Shown in pieces: positions 9,566 to 18,021 of a stretch of DNA of 64,000 bases (positions are counted from its first letter, which is position 1; the number at the start of each line of letters is the position of its first letter). Under the pieces are notes generated by a model, which worked only from the letters and a program-made list of their open reading frames with translations, was not told where the DNA came from and made no database searches. Source of the DNA: Verrucomicrobiota bacterium (GTDB lineage: Bacteria > Verrucomicrobiota > Verrucomicrobiia > Limisphaerales > AAA164-E04); NCBI GenBank assembly GCA_047947115.1, contig CP170459.1, positions 832,001 through 896,000 on the forward strand. Direction: 5' to 3'. Position numbers and translations under genes: made by a program.

Positions 9566-10374
9566 TCTGGAGTGTTCAGGTCGGGCTCGGCGTCCTCGCC
9601 TTGAGCTTCAGTTGCATCTGAATCAGCCCCCGATTCGTCTTCGGGCGGAGCCACTTCAATTTCGATTTCCTCAAAAGGACCGGGTTGAATCGCCTGGAGC
9701 TGCTTCATGCGAATCATCTCCAACAACGCCAAAAAGGTCACCACCACCTCCTGCCGAGTACGATCCTGCTCAAATAGTTCCGAAAATTTGAAACGGGTTT
9801 GAGTGCGAATGCGCTCCCGGAACATTTCGATTTTCTGACTCACCGACCAGGCATCCGCGGAAATTTCCCGTGCACCTTCTGATTTTTCCTCGATCCGCTG
9901 GAGAATGGTTCCCACCGCTTTGACCAAATCAAAGACGCTGACATCCGGCTTGGGAGCCTCACGCGTTTCGATCAATTTGAAGTTGGGTTTGGGAGCATGA
10001 CGCACAAAAATCGACTCCTGTTCCAGTTCCTTCTCCTTCAATTGGGCGGCGGCATCCTTGAATTTCTTATACTCCACCAACTGACGAATCAGTTCCCAAC
10101 GAGGGTCATCCCCCTCGTCATCATCATCCAGAACGACCTGTTTATCCTTGGGCAGCAACTCTTTGCTCTTGATGTACATCAAAGTGGCCGCCATCACCAC
10201 AAACTCACCCGCCACCTCGAGGTCGAGTTCCCGCATAAACTCGACATACTGGATGAATTCGGTCGCCAACTGAGTGAGATTGACCTGATAAATATCCACC
10301 TCCTGCTTCCTTACCAGGTAAAGAAGCAGATCCATCGGCCCTTCAAAGACATCAAACTGGACTTTATATTCCAT
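9562..10374 (-). CDS. scpA: Segregation and condensation protein A (kleisin)
   Basis: FEGPMDLLLYLV, EFVVMAATLMYIKS, VVTFLALLEM; start placed at ATG 10374. Confidence 0.95.
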   Translation of the reverse strand: MEYKVQFDVFEGPMDLLLYLVRKQEVDIYQVNLTQLATEFIQYVEFMRELDLEVAGEFVVMAATLMYIKSKELLPKDKQVVLDDDDEGDDPRWELIRQLVEYKKFKDAAAQLKEKELEQESIFVRHAPKPNFKLIETREAPKPDVSVFDLVKAVGTILQRIEEKSEGAREISADAWSVSQKIEMFRERIRTQTRFKFSELFEQDRTRQEVVVTFLALLEMIRMKQLQAIQPGPFEEIEIEVAPPEDESGADSDATEAQGEDAEPDLNTPE

Positions 10375-10387
10375 CAGTCGGCAACCG

Positions 10388-10417
10388 ATCATAAGCCCTC
10401 CCAAACCCCCTTGGCAA
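10388..10417 (-). promoter_or_regulatory. Putative sigma70 promoter of scpA-scpB-pheA
   Basis: TTGCCA-N18-TATGAT, 13 nt upstream of the scpA ATG. Confidence 0.45.
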
Positions 10418-10425
10418 CACAGTAA

Positions 10426-10806
10426 CCCCCCAAAGATCACCCCCAAAGATCACCCCCAAGTAGCCGCCTTTAGCGAAAGTAGCCGCTTTCGCTATACAGT
10501 AGCCGCTTTCGCCAGAAAGTGGCAACCACCTCCAGGTAGAATCCCGCGGCTGCGTGGATCCCTGGCGCGTCCCTTGTGGCTTTCGAACTTCAATCACCTT
10601 ACATTTTGGGAAGCCTATGATTACCGGATTATCAATGCCTCACAATCTGTGCGCCCGTTCTCAAGAAAAATGTGGCGCTCTGTCACGTCGGGGTTTTCCT
10701 TTGGATGTCAATTTTGATCAGGAATGCCACAAGGGGCGGACCGAGACGATCAGCTCTACCTGCAGCACACTCCAGGTAGAACGTAGCCGCCTTCGCCAGA
10801 AGGTGG
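10426..10806. repeat. Composite repeat cluster: short tandem repeat, family E REPs (GTAGCCGCYTTCGCCAGAARGTGG) and a family B doublet
   Basis: CCCCCAAAGATCA tandem; GTAGCCGC at 10460, 10479, 10499 and 10783; family B doublet at 10535-10760. Confidence 0.8.
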
Positions 10807-10823
10807 CCCCCTCAACGCTCCCA

Positions 10824-12389
10824 CTATCTCAACATCCCCGGCCAAGGCCAGACCCAGTCATTCTGGTCGTATTGATAACGTGTGATACGGTTTTCGGTCA
10901 CGGTTTGGTAGGGAATGCCCCCATCGTCTTTGGCATTCCAACCAATGCTGTAGAGACGGAAATCACCATCATCGGTCAGGTGATATTTGAAATCTCCACC
11001 AAGAATCGGATCTTTGGGGAGTGTTTCGATGTATGTTGGCTCCAGTTCCTGAAGCGTTTCAGGATACTGCTGGTTTGTTAGCCGGTAACGTTCCAAGGAG
11101 CACACGATAGGGACCATGCTGAAATGGGTTTGAGTAACCCATCTTTGCTGTAGCCTCCAGGATCCATGGGTGGTGATAAGCGGATTGGCCCCCAACATCC
11201 GAATCGCCATCGAGGAAGCCATCCAACCTTCACACTGCTTGAAAGCTTGAACGTAAACCGCCGGATCAAAAGGATGGGATTGTCTCAGTCCATCAATTTG
11301 AATCTGAATGATTCTTGAATACTGAACACCTAACATCTTGTGCCACCCACTTGGTATCCATCTTACCTTCTTTACCTGTTCTGACGTATAAAAATTACTT
11401 TCGATATTCTCTGACGGAGATTTTCTTTGTCCCTTCAGACACCAATCCAACTTTCCTGCCCGCTCGCTTTGCTCAACTTCTACCAACGGTTTCAGACAAT
11501 CCAGTTTTCCATAGTACGACTGAAAATAATCAAGATGCTTTTCTTTCCATCGGTGCTGGAGCAATCCTTGCCAAACAGGATTTAGTGCCACACCGTGACA
11601 TGCCAATCTAACCAGACGCCCTAAGGCAAATGGATCTTTTTCAAGACTAAGGGAAAGATCGTTTGCTTTTACAACCCAATAAAAAGCTGCATCTACATCG
11701 CCTTTCTCCAGAGAAAGAGCGGCCAGCGAAGCGAAATGCAAATTGATGGCCTTGAATTTTGCATATGTATGAAACTTGGTCTCTTGCGGTTCTTTTTGCT
11801 TTTTAGGTAAAGCAAAATAGGGTCTGGTAGTTAGCTCCTTCTCGATAGCTTCTCTGATTGGGCGATAATAATCCAGAACACCGAGCAACCAGTCTACATC
11901 GCTCACTCCAGGCTGTATTGTATCAAATGGGAGAATCACTCCACTTGCATGCGCTTCTTCAATGAGTTTTTCAAAATAGGAAACAGTGTGCTCATGCGTG
12001 ACCAACTCAGTTCGAAAAAAAGAACTATGACCAATCGTCATAAATTCTGGTAGGAGTATTTGGTCTTCCGAAATCTTTAATTTCCAGTATTGAGGACCAT
12101 CTTTGAGCTTATATGGAACGTAATCCCGAAACAACGGAATCATGGCGAGATTCTGTTCGTCTGGAATTTGAGGATGTTGAAAATCGTTGAGATCGACCGG
12201 TTCGCCTTTGGCTTTCAACGAAGCCAACTCACGTTCCAACGCTCGCGCGCCACGCCAGTTTTCGATGGCCCACGCCAGCGCCACAAGCGTGATCAATCCA
12301 ACACATAGGGATAGATTGAATCGAAACAAACGCACGAAAAACCGTTTCCAATTGATGGTGCTGTTCCTGGTTAATTTGAAAAAACTCAT
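10824..12389 (-). CDS. Hypothetical single-pass membrane protein with C-terminal T2SS pseudopilin (GspG)-like domain
   Basis: N-terminal TM followed by ENWRG; C-terminal LERYRL..QQYPETLQEL...LPKDP...FRLYSIGWNAKDDGG. Confidence 0.6.
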   Translation of the reverse strand: MSFFKLTRNSTINWKRFFVRLFRFNLSLCVGLITLVALAWAIENWRGARALERELASLKAKGEPVDLNDFQHPQIPDEQNLAMIPLFRDYVPYKLKDGPQYWKLKISEDQILLPEFMTIGHSSFFRTELVTHEHTVSYFEKLIEEAHASGVILPFDTIQPGVSDVDWLLGVLDYYRPIREAIEKELTTRPYFALPKKQKEPQETKFHTYAKFKAINLHFASLAALSLEKGDVDAAFYWVVKANDLSLSLEKDPFALGRLVRLACHGVALNPVWQGLLQHRWKEKHLDYFQSYYGKLDCLKPLVEVEQSERAGKLDWCLKGQRKSPSENIESNFYTSEQVKKVRWIPSGWHKMLGVQYSRIIQIQIDGLRQSHPFDPAVYVQAFKQCEGWMASSMAIRMLGANPLITTHGSWRLQQRWVTQTHFSMVPIVCSLERYRLTNQQYPETLQELEPTYIETLPKDPILGGDFKYHLTDDGDFRLYSIGWNAKDDGGIPYQTVTENRITRYQYDQNDWVWPWPGMLR

Positions 12390-12451
12390 ACTGCTTGAAA
12401 ATTAAATTTAGAAACCTACGGGCACCTCTCAACAAACTCCGAAACCGCCCA

Positions 12452-12507
12452 GATACGCCAAACCCACTTTGGAGTGCGGTGGCTCGACACCGCACTCCAA
12501 ATGGCGC
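12452..12507. repeat. Family D hairpin with a perfect 14-bp stem (collapsed doublet)
   Basis: TTTGGAGTGCGGTG-GCTCGA-CACCGCACTCCAAA at 12468-12501. Confidence 0.85.
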
Positions 12508-12744
12508 TTGCGTGCTTCGTTTGGGATTGGGCTCCATGGAAAAGCTCTTCCTTTTCGCGATCGAAAGTCAAGCCAACCCTGCGGTCCGGGCGCAGCATCC
12601 GATCGAGGCACTTGCTGTTCGACTGGTGCATTAGGAACTACGTGAAAATCATCCATCCACTCCAAAAGATTCAATCCAATTACCAATTTATTGGGAAAGC
12701 CTCCCCCACCAGCCGCTTTAGCGCAAGCAACCGCTCTAGAACAA

Positions 12745-12771
12745 GTAGCCGCTTTCGCCAGAAAGTGGCAA
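12745..12771 (+). repeat. Family E REP
   Basis: 27/27 identical to 10499-10525. Confidence 0.85.
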
Positions 12772-12990
12772 ACGAACCCGTGTCCACAAAGCCCTTCGAA
12801 CATACCAGGGCAAAAGCTATTCGATGGAGACACGTCTGGCTTTAGGTGTACCCAAGGCTTCCCACGTTCTATTCTCTTTATGCACGAACGCTATCAGGTG
12901 GAAGTTTGGGACTTGATGGAACAAGTTCCTCCAGTGGAAAAGAAGGGATTTGCGTTGCCGAGAGTTTTTGGTGTCTTTTACGATGCGTCC

Positions 12991-15171
12991 ATGGTTTTTC
13001 GTGTATTGATGGCGGGAATGTCTCTTTTGGCGGGGTCCTTTCAGGCTAAAGGAGCGGATCCTCAGGCTGCCTGGAGTTTGGAGGATGCCTCGGCGCGGCA
13101 GGCACTCCCTTCGTTTAAGGTTATTCCCGCGGCGGATCTTGATGCGTTGACGAATGCGTCGGCGGTTGAGTTAACTCCCGGAGTAGCTGAAGGTGATTGG
13201 CATCGTTCTCACGGAAATCACTCATCAGACAGGTATTCTACGTTGAAACAAATTCACCGGGGGAACGTTTCCCGTCTGGAGGTAGCCTGGATTTATCATT
13301 CCAATGATGGAAAGGGAAATATCCAATGCAATCCGATCTCGGTCGACGGGACGATTTATGCCCCGACCGTGGGTGGACATGTGGTTGCGTTGGATGGAAG
13401 TTCCGGAGTTGAGAAATGGCGTTTCAAACCGGAAGGCCAACCTGCCTTTCGTGGCTTGACGTGGTGGGGTGGCGCTGCGGATGGGAAAGCCCGATTGATG
13501 TTCAATGCGGGTGATTGGCTTTACCTGCTCCATCCTGAATCAGGGCAGCCCTTTGAATCTTTTGGAGACCAGGGACGCGTCCGAACCGGTCACTTCAGAG
13601 TCGCACCAGCGATTTACGAAAACAGGATCCTCATCGCGGGTTATGGTGGGGATGCGTTTGCTTTTGATTTGTTCACGGGCGAAAAACGCTGGACCTTCCA
13701 CACCAAACCCGAACCCGGCACATTCGGCAGTGACACATGGAGCCGAATTGAAAGCGGCGCCAATTGCTGGAGCGGCACCGCATTGGACGCATCACGCGGC
13801 ATCTTCTTCCTCACCACCGGCAGTCCCAAACCCAACTTCATCGGCACCGGTCATCTGGGAGACAATTTGTTCAGCAATTGTGTGATCGCTCTGGACACTC
13901 GGACGGGCGAACGGCTGTGGCATTTTCAGGAGATCCGACACGACATCTGGGATCTGGATATCCCAGCCCCTCCTGTGCTGGTTTCGGTGGAGCGTAACGG
14001 CAAACGAGTGGACGCGGTGGCGGCTGTCACGAAAATCGGCAACACACTTTTATTGGATCGCGTGTCAGGTCAACCGTTGTTTCCTTTTCGTCTCCGAAGG
14101 ACGCCTGTATCGAAACTACATGGCGAACGAACCTCCCCATATCAACCGGACTTGCAGTGGCCGCAACCCTTCTCGCGGCAGCGTTTCGGAATGGACCAGA
14201 TCACGAACCTCTCCGAAGAAGCCCGGCAAGCGGTGTTATCTCAGCTGAATGATCCCGATACAGATATTCAATCCAACATGGGTTGGTTCGAACCATTTGA
14301 AGCGGGCAAACCAACTGCCTTATTCGGCATTCATGGCGGGGCTGAATGGATGGGGGCTTCATTTGATCGCGAGACTGGATTCCTATATGTGACTTCCAAC
14401 GAACTGCCCTGGTTTCCCACCGTATCCAGGATCCCCTTTCCGGTGGATACAAGTACAGAACCCGCCACCGAAGGACGCAGGCTTTACGAGCAACACTGCA
14501 TGGTTTGTCATGGCACGGCACGCGAAGGCGTTGGCGTCAATCCACCCTTGATCCAAGTCGGCAAACGTAAAACCGAAGAAGAAATCCGAACCCTTCTCAA
14601 GACCGGACGCAACCTGATGCCTGCCGCCGAAATGTTGGATGCGAACATGACAGATGCCGTAGTGGATTACGTGTTAGAACGTGATCGAACATCCAGCCAA
14701 GCCACCGAACAGGCCGAATCAAGACCAGCCTACACTTACAACGGGTACCCGAAACTCCTGGACCACGAAGGGTACCCCGGCTGCAAACCGCCCTGGGGAA
14801 CACTGAACTGCATCGACCTCAACCAAGGCACACTCCGATGGCAGGTCCCCCTCGGCGAACACCAACGACTGACTGAACGAGGCATTCCGATCACGGGAAC
14901 CGAAAACTTCGGCGGAGCCACCGTCACCGCCGGAGGCCTGGTCTTTGCGGCAGGAACCCGCGACCTCAAAATTCGCGCTTTCGACAAACATACCGGCGAG
15001 GAACTCTGGTCCCATGCACTTCCCTTCGGAGGTTTTGCGCCACCGTCCACCTATCTGGCCAACGGTCGTCAATTCATCCTCATCCCGGCCACTGGCGGCG
15101 GCAAACTGGGCGGCCTCATGGGAGACGCTTATGTGGCGTTTAGGTTGTCTGTTGATGATGAAAGTTTTTGA
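12991..15171 (+). CDS. PQQ-dependent dehydrogenase (glucose dehydrogenase-like) with inserted cytochrome c domain
   Basis: Signal peptide, YSTLKQI, WHFQEIRHDIWDLDIP, GGAEWMG, CMVCH, PPWGTL, GTENFGG, TAGGLVF; start placed at ATG 12991. Confidence 0.88.
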   Translation: MVFRVLMAGMSLLAGSFQAKGADPQAAWSLEDASARQALPSFKVIPAADLDALTNASAVELTPGVAEGDWHRSHGNHSSDRYSTLKQIHRGNVSRLEVAWIYHSNDGKGNIQCNPISVDGTIYAPTVGGHVVALDGSSGVEKWRFKPEGQPAFRGLTWWGGAADGKARLMFNAGDWLYLLHPESGQPFESFGDQGRVRTGHFRVAPAIYENRILIAGYGGDAFAFDLFTGEKRWTFHTKPEPGTFGSDTWSRIESGANCWSGTALDASRGIFFLTTGSPKPNFIGTGHLGDNLFSNCVIALDTRTGERLWHFQEIRHDIWDLDIPAPPVLVSVERNGKRVDAVAAVTKIGNTLLLDRVSGQPLFPFRLRRTPVSKLHGERTSPYQPDLQWPQPFSRQRFGMDQITNLSEEARQAVLSQLNDPDTDIQSNMGWFEPFEAGKPTALFGIHGGAEWMGASFDRETGFLYVTSNELPWFPTVSRIPFPVDTSTEPATEGRRLYEQHCMVCHGTAREGVGVNPPLIQVGKRKTEEEIRTLLKTGRNLMPAAEMLDANMTDAVVDYVLERDRTSSQATEQAESRPAYTYNGYPKLLDHEGYPGCKPPWGTLNCIDLNQGTLRWQVPLGEHQRLTERGIPITGTENFGGATVTAGGLVFAAGTRDLKIRAFDKHTGEELWSHALPFGGFAPPSTYLANGRQFILIPATGGGKLGGLMGDAYVAFRLSVDDESF

Positions 15172-15202
15172 GAAAAAAATGGGGCTGGGTGGAACCAGCC
15201 CC
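15172..15202 (-). terminator. Hairpin between convergent genes, likely intrinsic terminator for guaA
   Basis: GGGGCTGG-N6-CCAGCCCC followed by a T-run on the - strand. Confidence 0.55.
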
Positions 15203-15240
15203 TCCATGATCCAACAATTTATTTGGGTAATTTCTTTACC

Positions 15241-16782
15241 CTACTCCCACTCGATGGTGGCCGGAGGTTTGCTGGAGATGTCGAAGCAGACGCGGTTGGC
15301 ACCTTTGACTTCATTGATGATGCGGTTGGACATCTTTTCGAGCACCTGGTAGGGGAGTTTCACCCAGTCGGCGGTCATGCCGTCCTTGGAATCCACCACG
15401 CGCACGGCGATGGTGTATTCGTACGTGCGTTCGTCTCCCATGACACCGACGCTCTTGACCGGCAACAACACCGCGAAGGCTTGCCACACTTTGTAATACC
15501 AGTCGCTGGCTTTCATTTCTTCCAGGACAATGGTGTCAGCTTCTTTCAAAATACGCAGGCGTTCACGGGTGACTTCACCGAGGATGCGTACGGCCAATCC
15601 CGGTCCGGGGAATGGATGACGGTAGACCATGTTTTTGGGCAGCCCCAGTTCCAGTCCCAAGAGCCGAACCTCGTCCTTGAACAGACATTTCAGCGGTTCG
15701 AGGAGTTTGAATTTCAGGTTTTTCGGCAAGCCTCCGACGTTGTGATGGCTCTTAATCAAGGCAGCCGGATTACCGGCAATGGGGACGGACTCGATCACGT
15801 CGGGATACAAGGTTCCCTGCGCCAGGAAGGTGGCGTCACCGACTTTTTTGGTGGCATTAGTGAAGGCTTCGATAAATGCTTTGCCGATGATTTTGCGTTT
15901 GCGTTCCGGGCTGGTGATTCCTTTGAGGCGTTTTAGAAACATCGGGGTGGCATTTTCGTAACGCAGTTTCATTTTGAAATTGTGCTGAAACATCTCGCGT
16001 ACGGCATCGGCTTCGTTGGCCCTGAGCAAGCCGTTGTTTACAAAGATACAGGTCAATTGATCACCAATGGCGCGATGGATCAGCGCGGCAGCGACACTGG
16101 AATCGACTCCACCACTGAGCCCCAGAATCACCTTGTCATTCCCGACCTCCTGGCGAATTTCCTCAACTGCCTGGTCGAGGTAGTTGAGCATGGTCCAGTT
16201 GCGTCCGCATTTACAGATATCGTAAACAAAATTGTCGATGATGACACTTCCGCGCGGTGTGTGGACAACCTCAGGATGGAACTGAAGTCCGTAACGTTTG
16301 CGTTTGGAATCTTCAATGGCCGCGAAATCGGAATTCTCGGTAACGGCAACTGCTTTGAATCCGGTGGGGAGTTTGGTAAGCTTGTCGCTGTGTGAGTTCC
16401 AGACTTGAATACGTTTTGGCAAACTACGGAACAGTGGACTGCTCTTATCCTTTATTTCGAGAGTCCCTTTGCCATACTCACGCTTCAAACCTCGTTCCAC
16501 CTTGCCTTTAAGCGAGTGGGCCAGCACCTGGAGCCCGTAGCAGATCCCAAGCATGGGTGCTTTGAGTTTGAAGACGGCCGGATCCGGCATGGGTGCTTCC
16601 TCGTCGAAGACACTACAGGGTCCTCCAGAGAGAATGATTCCCTTTGGTTTCATCTTCGCAATCTCCGCCGCAGGCGTGTCGTAGGGCAGGATAGTGGAGT
16701 ACACCTGGCACTCACGAATACGCCGGGCGATTACCTGGGTGTATTGCGAACCAAAATCGAGTATGATAATTTGCTCCTTCAT
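15241..16782 (-). CDS. guaA: GMP synthase (glutamine-hydrolysing)
   Basis: [56 protein letters not shown]. Confidence 0.98.
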   Translation of the reverse strand: MKEQIIILDFGSQYTQVIARRIRECQVYSTILPYDTPAAEIAKMKPKGIILSGGPCSVFDEEAPMPDPAVFKLKAPMLGICYGLQVLAHSLKGKVERGLKREYGKGTLEIKDKSSPLFRSLPKRIQVWNSHSDKLTKLPTGFKAVAVTENSDFAAIEDSKRKRYGLQFHPEVVHTPRGSVIIDNFVYDICKCGRNWTMLNYLDQAVEEIRQEVGNDKVILGLSGGVDSSVAAALIHRAIGDQLTCIFVNNGLLRANEADAVREMFQHNFKMKLRYENATPMFLKRLKGITSPERKRKIIGKAFIEAFTNATKKVGDATFLAQGTLYPDVIESVPIAGNPAALIKSHHNVGGLPKNLKFKLLEPLKCLFKDEVRLLGLELGLPKNMVYRHPFPGPGLAVRILGEVTRERLRILKEADTIVLEEMKASDWYYKVWQAFAVLLPVKSVGVMGDERTYEYTIAVRVVDSKDGMTADWVKLPYQVLEKMSNRIINEVKGANRVCFDISSKPPATIEWE

Positions 16783-16880
16783 GGGAACGGAAATCGGTTT
16801 TTATGCGGAAAAAACATGCTGCTGACGAGCAAAAACTATATTAAATTTGACGCTGCTTTCCGAAAGAATGCAAGCAAACG

Positions 16881-17318
16881 ATGAGCTGGCTGCTAAGATT
16901 ACTGGCGATGGGGGGGCTATGGAAGAAGCTTTCCGGCACCTACCAACAGACCACGACAGGCATCCGCCAGGCGAAATCCTTCGCCAGCGGAGTCATGGAA
17001 AAGCATGTCCAGAGCACGCTGGAACAGGCCGAAATGGGGGATCGTGAGGCGATTTTTGAAATGGCAGAGCGATTTTACGAAGGTCGCTGTGTGCCAATGG
17101 ATTATGAAATCGCCGCGGGTTGGTTCCTAAAAGCGGCCGAACTGGGCCACACCAAGGCCCAGACGAATCTGGGCATGATGTTATGGATCGGACGGGGATG
17201 TACCCGTGATCGTGAAACGGCCCTTCATTGGATCAAAACCGCCGCCAAGAAACAATACGAACCCGCCCAGGAGCTGCTTCTGGAAATCCGCAAGAAGCAC
17301 GGTGGGAATACGCGGTAG
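16881..17318 (+). CDS. Small Sel1-repeat protein
   Basis: AEMGDREA, WFLKAAELGHTKAQTNLG, ALHWIKTAA. Confidence 0.82.
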   Translation: MSWLLRLLAMGGLWKKLSGTYQQTTTGIRQAKSFASGVMEKHVQSTLEQAEMGDREAIFEMAERFYEGRCVPMDYEIAAGWFLKAAELGHTKAQTNLGMMLWIGRGCTRDRETALHWIKTAAKKQYEPAQELLLEIRKKHGGNTR

Positions 17319-17363
17319 AACGTTCAGAACGATCAATCCATGTCCTTCAACGCAAGGGAAAAA

Positions 17364-17550
17364 TCTGGAATGCGGTGAGCATCGCCGCTCTGGACACCTT
17401 TCGGAACCATTTCAGCATTCGATAGCTGTGAAATTTCCGTATTCTCCAATGGCATCTGTGACCTGAGAAACCAGATCCCAAAAGAGAATCAGAATGCCAT
17501 AAATCAATTCGAAACATATCCAAAGCTGTGTCAAGCTACAGCACTCCATA
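17364..17550. repeat. REPIN doublet, family D (diverged)
   Basis: TCTGGAATGCGGTGAGCATCGCCGCTCTGGA ... TCCAAAGCTGTGTCAAGCTACAGCACTCCATA. Confidence 0.7.
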
Positions 17551-17554
17551 AGGT

Positions 17555-18005
17555 GTTTGGCGTATCCGCATGACGCAACTGGTCTCCCTTATCTCCAGCG
17601 CGCTCGCGGACCTGCGGCAGCAGGTCCCTTCCGGAGGAGGCAGCCTTTTGGCTGGTAGGGATGTGCTGCTGCACGTCCGGTGGCGTGTCCGCATGACGCA
17701 ACTGGTCTCCCTTATCTCCAGCGCGCTCGCAGACCTGCGGCAGCAGGTCCCTTCCGGAGAAGGCAGCCTTTTGGCTGGTAGGGATGTGCTGCTGCACGTC
17801 CGGTGGCGTGTCCGCATGACGCAACTGGTCTCCCATTAATCTCCAGCGCGCTCACGGACCTGCGGCAGCAGGTCCCTACCGGAGGGGGACAGCCTTTTGG
17901 CTGGTAGGGATGTGCTGCTGCACGTCCGGTGGCGTGTCCGCATGACGCAACTGGTCTCCCTTATCTCCAGCGCGCTCGCAGACCTGCGGCAGCAGGTCCC
18001 TACCC
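17555..18005. repeat. Tandem array of 123/123/126-bp units (3.5 copies), family A REP pairs
   Basis: CCGCATGACGCAAC at 17566, 17689, 17812 and 17938; GGACCTGCGGCAGCAGGTCCCTACC and GGTAGGGATGTGCTGCTGCACGTCC hairpins. Confidence 0.92.
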
Positions 18006-18021
18006 GGGGGTGAAGCTCGGT

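Noticed and set aside
12691..12990. N-terminal extensions in the ORF track (PQQ gene; also scpA, HEAT, glnD, sulfatase, 32925-33125)
   Set aside because: They run through REP, promoter or terminator DNA; downstream ATGs give proper signal peptides or family N-termini.
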